Source: Candidatus Pacearchaeota archaeon | Lineage (GTDB): Archaea; Nanobdellota; Nanobdellia; Pacearchaeales; GW2011-AR1 | DNA length: 40,323 bases | Direction of reading: 5' to 3' | Assembly: GCA_016196285.1 (NCBI GenBank) | Contig: JACPXY010000056.1 | Location: forward strand, 1 to 40,323 | Shown: positions 34,983-40,323 of the stretch, in pieces | How positions within the stretch are numbered: position 1 is the first letter of the stretch | How the letters are laid out: each line of letters opens with the position of its first letter | Made by a program: the position numbers and the translations under genes | The notes under the pieces: model-generated | What the model saw: only the letters and a program-made list of their open reading frames with translations | Told to the model about the DNA's origin: nothing | Databases searched by the model: none

Positions 34983-36293
34983 TTATCGATAGAAGATATT
35001 CTGGACATCAAACGGCAGAACTCTACCTTCACGCGCAATATGGACGCATGAACGCTTTACCACTCTAACGTCGAAATCATACGCGTCGCTGAAACGTATG
35101 CCAAGAACCTGAAAAGTGTCTTCTATGTTTAGTGGACCTAAGAAGCTCCGAGCAGCATCAAAAAAAGATTGCTCTTTGAAAAGCCTGGCTGCAAGAGCCT
35201 CCAATTCAGGATGCTGAGTGAAGGCTACTGTTCTTCTCAATCCTGCATCTTCCAGAAGTATCTTTGGTTTTACCTTTCCACTGATTGCGTATGCTCTGCC
35301 TTTATATTTTAATGCAAATCCCATAAATAGCGCATCTGGATTGCAGGGAGCAGGAATTAAATCATCGAGAGCAAAGACACTGCTCTGTGTTGCTATCTCT
35401 CTCCGCAATTCTGATAGAGTGAATCTCTCGGTTAGAGGATTATATTGCTCACTTCTTCCTGCTGCTTGCGTTGGCTGAAAATTAACTCCCCGAACTGCTT
35501 TCTGCTGCACTCCAAAATCAATTAATCTCCCAATCTCATCTGTATTGGTCCCTTTTTGCAAAGTAGAAACAAGAATTGTTGAGATGTCATATTTATTTAC
35601 TCTTTCCACTGCCTGCTCTCGTATCTTAGTTAAATCAGCCCCGCGTATCTTTCTCAGCGCATTCGGTTTGAATGAGTCGAACTGCAGATAGATTCCAAAA
35701 TCTTCTCTTTGCTCTGCAAGCCGTGCTGCAAAGTCGGCATCAGTTGCTAAACGTATCCCATTTGTATTCACCATCGTAAACTTAAATTTACCTTTAGACT
35801 CTTGCACAATTCTGAAGAAGTCGGGATGCATTGTTGGTTCTCCGCCGCTAATCTGCAAAACATCTGGTCTGTCTGGGAGGTTTGCTACTTGCTGCATTGT
35901 TTCAAGAATCTCTGATAACGGCAGGTGAGAACCGTGATCTGGACCAGAAGCGGCAAAACACGTGGGACACTGTAAATTGCATCGGTCAGTCACTTCTAAG
36001 ACTGAGACGCATGAATGCTGACCATTTATGTCTGAGACATATGTACGAAATTCTTCTTTAGTAAGAGGTATATCTGACCTTGCAATATTCTCTGCTCTGA
36101 AACTCTTAACTTTTGTATAGTATGTTGGATCGTCTGAGAGCAGGACTTTCTCATCAGGATGCCCATGATCAGCGTTCTTCTTAATAAGATACGTATTATC
36201 TCCCTCAGAATGCACGCTTGCCCTGACAGGAGCAAGGCATCTCTGTCCATTAACTGTGTGTGCGCAGAGACTTACCGTTCTCTCCTCAGACAT
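34983..36293 (-). CDS. radical SAM enzyme, COG1964-like (family that includes tetraether lipid synthase Tes/GDGT-MAS)
   Basis: VTDRCNLQCPTCFA is a CX3CX2C cluster motif. ISGGEPTMHPDFF and VNTNG are also present. The N-terminal SLCAHTVNGQRCLAPVRASVHSEGDNTYLIKKNADHG resembles the ribbon preceding the rSAM core in COG1964 proteins; this family assignment is from memory. The start at Met 36293 overlaps the lgt-like gene by 8 nt. Confidence 0.6.
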   Translation of the reverse strand: MSEERTVSLCAHTVNGQRCLAPVRASVHSEGDNTYLIKKNADHGHPDEKVLLSDDPTYYTKVKSFRAENIARSDIPLTKEEFRTYVSDINGQHSCVSVLEVTDRCNLQCPTCFAASGPDHGSHLPLSEILETMQQVANLPDRPDVLQISGGEPTMHPDFFRIVQESKGKFKFTMVNTNGIRLATDADFAARLAEQREDFGIYLQFDSFKPNALRKIRGADLTKIREQAVERVNKYDISTILVSTLQKGTNTDEIGRLIDFGVQQKAVRGVNFQPTQAAGRSEQYNPLTERFTLSELRREIATQSSVFALDDLIPAPCNPDALFMGFALKYKGRAYAISGKVKPKILLEDAGLRRTVAFTQHPELEALAARLFKEQSFFDAARSFLGPLNIEDTFQVLGIRFSDAYDFDVRVVKRSCVHIAREGRVLPFDVQNIFYR

Positions 36294-37056
36294 ATTTTGT
36301 AGATCTTGTTCCATTCGAGTGTATCCCGTCAATAAAGAGTATCTTTCCATAATACAAAGCACCTATCAAACTGGCTAGTTGTATTGCTGATAATCCTGCT
36401 GCAAGTGGGATGGCTGGCTTTATAAATTCTATCAAGAATCTGAAAACAAGATATGAGAAGATGAATATCTTGAAGAGAGCTCCGTTCTTGAGCGTATCTT
36501 TCTTATCAGCTCTGTACAATCCAATCCATATTCCTATAAGAAATATAATCTCATATAAAGATGTTGGATGACGAGGTATGCCATCTCCCTGATCAAATGC
36601 CCATGGAAGTGTTGAATGAATGCCTACTGTTCTATCGCTGACTCCTGTCAGAAGACAGCCGATTCTTCCAATAATCATTGCCAAAATAATCGGAAAGGTG
36701 AAGAGATCTCCAGTTGGTTTCCTTTCCTTGATGAGCTTCTTAGTTATTTCTACACCGATGATTCCTCCTAACAGGCCTCCGACAATAGTCTGCCCCTGGA
36801 AGTAATACAGAATGGAGGAAGGATTCAAGAACAAGGCAGGATTCTCAAGCGCAGCAAGCAGTCTTGAGATAAGGAGAGCGCCAATCGCTGCGCCGATTAA
36901 TAGATAAATCCTTCTTGTTGGAGACATAAAGTCTCCTTTTCTCTCTCGAAGCTTAAGATAATAGCTAAATCCAAGATAATAGGCAAGCAGATCAAATATA
37001 AGATGGGATGGAATACGTATCTCTCCTAAGACAAGATCGAGAGGAAAGGTCACCAT
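36286..37056 (-). CDS. lgt: prolipoprotein diacylglyceryl transferase (Lgt) family protein
   Basis: Polytopic membrane protein. IIGRIGCLLTGVSDRTVGIHSTLPWAF...GIPRHPTSLYEIIF matches the Lgt signature (GR.gc...G...G..t..PW ... RHPtqLYE). Confidence 0.7.
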   Translation of the reverse strand: MVTFPLDLVLGEIRIPSHLIFDLLAYYLGFSYYLKLRERKGDFMSPTRRIYLLIGAAIGALLISRLLAALENPALFLNPSSILYYFQGQTIVGGLLGGIIGVEITKKLIKERKPTGDLFTFPIILAMIIGRIGCLLTGVSDRTVGIHSTLPWAFDQGDGIPRHPTSLYEIIFLIGIWIGLYRADKKDTLKNGALFKIFIFSYLVFRFLIEFIKPAIPLAAGLSAIQLASLIGALYYGKILFIDGIHSNGTRSTKYV

Positions 37057-37097
37057 ATTTATGCAGGGTTTTCGCTGTTAAAAATGTTTAGCACCTC

Positions 37098-37523
37098 TTA
37101 GATATCTTCTCGTGACTCTACTTCCTGCATTGCTCTCGTGAATGCTTCATACGTGCTCAAGTATTCTTGCAGGAGATTCCCCAAGCCGAGCTGATGACAA
37201 TCTGTCGTCCGTGTCTGTATGTATCGTCGGCACGCTGCCCGCTGCTCTGCAATCCCTTCTCTCTGCTCCTGATGCGCATAAGGGGATTCTAAATCTCTGA
37301 AGAGGTACAATGCAGGTAAACTGTAGTGGTTTTCTTCTCTAACCTCTTCCAATTCTTCTATATCGCCCGCCAGTTCGGCAATCTGTGTTTCCAAGAGCGC
37401 CTCAAGCTCAGCGCTTTCCTCCTTAGTATCTCTCTGCTGATGTGAGGTGCTCTGCCTGATACCTTCCTTGAGTCCTTTGACATGGATATGCAGCGATCTC
37501 CACCAGCGCGTGAGTAGATTCAT
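37098..37523 (-). CDS. hypothetical acidic/coiled-coil protein (141 aa)
   Basis: Intact ORF. No motif recognised. Confidence 0.4.
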   Translation of the reverse strand: MNLLTRWWRSLHIHVKGLKEGIRQSTSHQQRDTKEESAELEALLETQIAELAGDIEELEEVREENHYSLPALYLFRDLESPYAHQEQREGIAEQRAACRRYIQTRTTDCHQLGLGNLLQEYLSTYEAFTRAMQEVESREDI

Positions 37524-37524
37524 G

Positions 37525-37839
37525 CTATGCCGAGAATTGATGAGTGATGAGCGGGAGAGGAAGAGCCTTCTTTTCTGGCTTTGCCTTTGAGATTGTTACC
37601 TGAAGCTGATCTTCCTGCTCGTAAACGAACTTCTCAATGAAGGCGAGCAGGCAGGCATTCGAGCAAAAGTGCTTTAGAATCGATTCGTGTCTAAATTCAG
37701 ACGATGCCTTGAATTCAAAATTCGTTAAGGAACGCCAGCCAAGACTGTAAGGCACTTCGGAACCGTGCGTGAGAGACTGGCTCTGCTTACTGCAGTGATC
37801 ACAGAGGAAGACTTCTTTTTTTGCCATGCTTTGATACAT
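37525..37839 (-). CDS. hypothetical Cys-containing (possible Zn-binding) protein (104 aa)
   Basis: CDHC ... FCSNAC pairs. The next gene starts 2 nt after its stop. Confidence 0.4.
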   Translation of the reverse strand: MYQSMAKKEVFLCDHCSKQSQSLTHGSEVPYSLGWRSLTNFEFKASSEFRHESILKHFCSNACLLAFIEKFVYEQEDQLQVTISKAKPEKKALPLPLITHQFSA

Positions 37840-37890
37840 GCGAAAGAGGGCTTTTAAAGATTGTGCAAGTTCTTACTCGAAGAAGAGAAA

Positions 37891-38175
37891 TCAATCTAGT
37901 AATATTCTCACTTTTAATTCTAATCTTGCTGCGACCCTCTCTCTTGTCTCTTGATGAGGTATTGCTTTAACAAAAGCCAAAAAAGCTTTCTGAAAATCAC
38001 TATATGCTTGGGTTACCTGAGAGCTGTCAGTTGTTCCATCCCATTGTAAATGAGGGGAAGATAAACTATGGGCTTGCTGCGCTCTGTGACCATCAAAAAT
38101 AGATAGATATTCTAAGACTATCTCTTCTTCATCGCTGCCCACAGTCTCATAAGGTCTTTTGCCCTTCATATTCAT
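37891..38175 (-). CDS. hypothetical protein (94 aa)
   Basis: Intact ORF. No motif recognised. Confidence 0.35.
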   Translation of the reverse strand: MNMKGKRPYETVGSDEEEIVLEYLSIFDGHRAQQAHSLSSPHLQWDGTTDSSQVTQAYSDFQKAFLAFVKAIPHQETRERVAARLELKVRILLD

Positions 38176-38344
38176 TAAAATGCCTATTACTGGCTTATTT
38201 AAAGTTTATCTTCAATTTCTACTACTAATTTAGAGTAAAATCCTTAGCTTTGTTAATAAGATTAGAATTCTTAACAAATGATTCTCTAAAGAATCTTTAG
38301 AAGCGCAAAATCATAAAGCGCGGAGGAAGGCGAATGTGGAAGCG

Positions 38345-38634
38345 GATAATCAAATTTAAGGCTATTAGTAGCTGAGTGCTGAGCCCCTCGCGTTCTCGGG
38401 ATTTACACACCAGCTCTATCAACGTCATCTTCTTTGACGGCCTTCGTTGTCTCGTCTTGCGGATGGCTTCGTCCTTAGATGCTTTCAGGACTTATCCATA
38501 CAGTGCGTAGCTACACGGCCTGCTTCATAACAACCGTTACACCAGCGGCACCCGAGTACCGTTCCTCTCGTACTAGATACTCGTTCCACTCAGACAACAG
38601 CGCGCCTAGTAGATATCATACAAACTGTCTCGCG
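38345..38634 (-). rRNA. 23S rRNA, 3'-terminal exon (domain VI plus end of domain V)
   Basis: The reverse complement contains CGCGAGACAGTTTG (E. coli 2594-2607 region), CTAGTACGAGAGGAAC (sarcin-ricin loop), CCTGAAAGCATCTAAGG and GTTGATAG...CTACTAATAG. The 3' end is approximate. Confidence 0.85.
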
Positions 38635-39240
38635 TACTTACCTTTAACTTATTTATTTGTTAAAGAGTGGACTATACCTTGTTCTTGTTTTGCAACAAGA
38701 CATCAGCGTGTTACCTGTATTATAGGAATTTAATTCCTCGAAGTTCATCTAACTTCTTCGACAAGTCTTGATTTTTTGGAACTGACGGTTCCTATCTTAA
38801 ACTTTAGGTCTAAGAAATCAAAGTCTCTACGGGGATGAATTAATTTCTACCTTTTCTTGAGTAATAAATATCTTGACAAACAGGATACATTATTCTTGCA
38901 GACCATGGTAGATAAGCTCCTATTCCAACAAGAGCCATTTTTTCTAAACCACACAATTCTCCTACAATAAATAAAGAAGCTCCTGCAATAGCCGCCTTAC
39001 CTAAAGATTTCTCTTTATATAAAGCATTTATTGCTCTACTTTTTCTGAAGTCTTCCATAATATTATCTTTAGCAGTTCATATTTAAATTTATTCATCTTC
39101 CCTCGGAATTGCCATATACAACTTTTATTGCATAAGGTTTCTCCGATATGAGCTGATTTTATTTTTCGTCGAATCGCTTCGACGCAACGCCGCGTTTTTG
39201 ATAGTTGCGGTTCGATACAGAATCTGTTAGCTTCTTGTTT
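38635..39240 (-). other. intervening sequence (about 0.6 kb) in 23S rRNA at the E. coli U2593/C2594-equivalent junction
   Basis: The upstream exon ends ...GCTGGGTTAAGAACGT and the downstream exon resumes (A)CGCGAGACAG. The consensus is contiguous GAACGUCGUGAGACAG. The insert is AT-rich and unlike rRNA. Boundaries are good to about 3 nt. The class (group I or archaeal BHB) is unresolved. Confidence 0.7.
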
Positions 39241-39863
39241 ACGTTCTTAACCCAGCTAACGATCCCTTTTAATGCGTGAACTCCGACACCCTTGGTTGCT
39301 TGTGCACAACCAGGATAGGAAGAGCCGACAGCGATGTACCAAACCGCGCCGTCAATATGAACTATCGGGCGCGACAAGCCTGTTATCCTTGGGGTACCTT
39401 TTCTGTCACACACGAGCCCTATTAAAAGGCTACGTGGGGTCGCTAGGCCCGACTTTCGTCTCTGCATTCTTTGCTGTGCGAAATACAGTCAGGTGAGCTT
39501 TTGCCCTCGCACTCAACTCCAGATTTCCAACCTGGATGAGCTCACCATATAGGCCCTACGGATATCTTTTCCGCAGGGTGCCGCCCCAGCCAAACTGCCC
39601 GCCTGTTGGTGTCCCCTCCCGGGTGAGCAGCTCTAAGAAGTATGAGTAGTGTTACATTGTCGCCGAAGCTCCTACCTACGCTATGCATACCCCTTAAAGC
39701 TACAACAACAAGTTGCAGTAAAGGTCCACAAGGTCTCCGCTTCCCACTAGGCGTCACCGGCATTTTCACCGGTCAGTGAGTTCAGAAGGTTCTGGTTGGG
39801 GACAGTGACCACCTCGTTAAACCATTCATGCACGTCTCCATTCAGAAGACAAGGCATTACGCT
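39241..39863 (-). rRNA. 23S rRNA internal exon (E. coli positions about 1932-2593, domains IV-V)
   Basis: The reverse complement contains AGCGTAATGCCTTGTC, GACGTGCATGAATGG, GGAAGCGGAGACCTTGTGGACC, GGATAACAGGCT, TTCATATTGACGGCGCGGTTTGGTACATCGCTGTCGGCTC and GCTGGGTTAAGAACG. The upstream boundary could extend to about 39897. Confidence 0.85.
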
Positions 39864-40323
39864 CATTTGTGTTACTTTCGCTCCATGCCTTGTAGACATG
39901 AAACTACAAACCATAATTATAAATTAATTATGGCGAGTTAATTATTTATTAACTGCCTTATATCGCTATAAGGATCGGAACATATCTTCACTTTCGTGTC
40001 TATCGTATGTTCTCTGGGGATTCTAGATATCTCAAATTTGGTTTTCTATTCATATTTGAAATTAATTGTGCAATTTCATCAAGACCATCTTTTGTTAGAT
40101 GTCTTTGATTATTCATTAATTTAATAACTTCTGAAAAAATTTCGAAATCTTTTCTTTTTGAAGTTCTTAAATTATTAATCTTGAAAAAATCTACAATTTT
40201 ATTTAAATTACCAAGCCCTCTTACTCTGAATTCTTTTCTTGTTCCATTTTTGTCTGTTCTATTAATTTGAACAGATCCAAATCCGAAGTAATCTTTTATT
40301 TTGTGTAAAAGAATTTCGTCTTT
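39864..40323 (-). mobile_element. second 23S rRNA intervening sequence (partial; runs off the window) carrying a LAGLIDADG homing endonuclease gene
   Basis: Upstream of AGCGTAAT the expected universally conserved H69/H70 sequence (..ACTATAACGGTCCTAAGGT) is absent. AT-rich sequence replaces it, with a hairpin CATAATTA-ATTTA-TAATTATG and an endonuclease ORF. The insertion point maps to the E. coli 1923-1931 neighbourhood. Confidence 0.7.
40000..40323 (-). CDS. LAGLIDADG-family homing endonuclease, C-terminal part (5' end lies outside the window)
   Basis: Not in the ORF track because no start codon lies in the window. My translation is KDEILLHKIKDYFGFGSVQINRTDKNGTRKEFRVRGLGNLNKIVDFFKINNLRTSKRKDFEIFSEVIKLMNNQRHLTKDGLDEIAQLISNMNRKPNLRYLESPENIR*. 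This is the typical second-half pattern of LAGLIDADG enzymes (..yFG.G.v..., k..dFe.f.ev..l...k.HlT.eGl..i..i...mN). Confidence 0.7.
   Translation of the reverse strand, partial: KDEILLHKIKDYFGFGSVQINRTDKNGTRKEFRVRGLGNLNKIVDFFKINNLRTSKRKDFEIFSEVIKLMNNQRHLTKDGLDEIAQLISNMNRKPNLRYLESPENIR

Noticed and set aside
38840-39058. 72-aa ORF inside the first rRNA insert as a homing endonuclease
   Set aside because: It has no LAGLIDADG, GIY-YIG, HNH or His-Cys box motifs and is too short. It is kept only as a remark under the intron finding.
38479-39769. ORFs 38479..38733(+), 39159..39467(-), 39272..39496(+) and 39542..39769(-)
   Set aside because: All lie within recognisable 23S rRNA exon sequence (or across an exon/intron junction). 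They are spurious.

Overview
The window looks like an archaeal chromosome segment, probably from a small-genome DPANN-like lineage (lineage is inference). Archaeal markers are Hjc resolvase, Cbf5, TrmY, ribosomal proteins S19e/L39e/L31e, an archaeal-type RNase P RNA, and TATA-like boxes about 20-30 nt upstream of many start codons. Standard genetic code: TAA, TAG and TGA all terminate ORFs.

Main contents:
1. 1.2-12.2 kb: a tandemly duplicated cell-surface module. Each copy has a protein with a class-III (prepilin-like) signal peptide followed by a very large Cys-rich protein. That protein has two ectodomains separated by a Gly/Ala-rich membrane core. It is one 1323-aa gene in copy 1. In copy 2 it is split into two genes, with a secreted protein and a lipobox lipoprotein inserted between them. 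I recognise no characterised family, and this is my best candidate for an undescribed system (host-contact or adhesion apparatus).
2. Housekeeping and accessory genes: cobO-like, hjc, a RelE-type toxin-antitoxin pair, bacterial-type trpS with a Cys4 motif, trpE/trpG, acylphosphatase, DUF362, trmY, cbf5, an AlkD-like protein, the r-protein operon, YhbY, NFACT-R, and a PLD plus alpha/beta-hydrolase pair.
3. Two decayed genes. A class II lysS carries an in-frame TAA plus an out-of-frame internal deletion. A SAM-methyltransferase is frameshifted at a (TA)5 tract.
4. An Lgt-like gene, a radical SAM (COG1964/Tes-like) gene and two small membrane-protein genes in one operon.
5. RNA genes absent from the ORF track: tRNA-Phe(GAA), RNase P RNA, and the 3' half of a 23S rRNA. 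The 23S is interrupted by at least two intervening sequences, one of which encodes a LAGLIDADG homing endonuclease.

Base composition is visibly mosaic, with blocks near 45-50% GC interleaved with blocks near 30-35% GC. No CRISPR array or transposase was seen.
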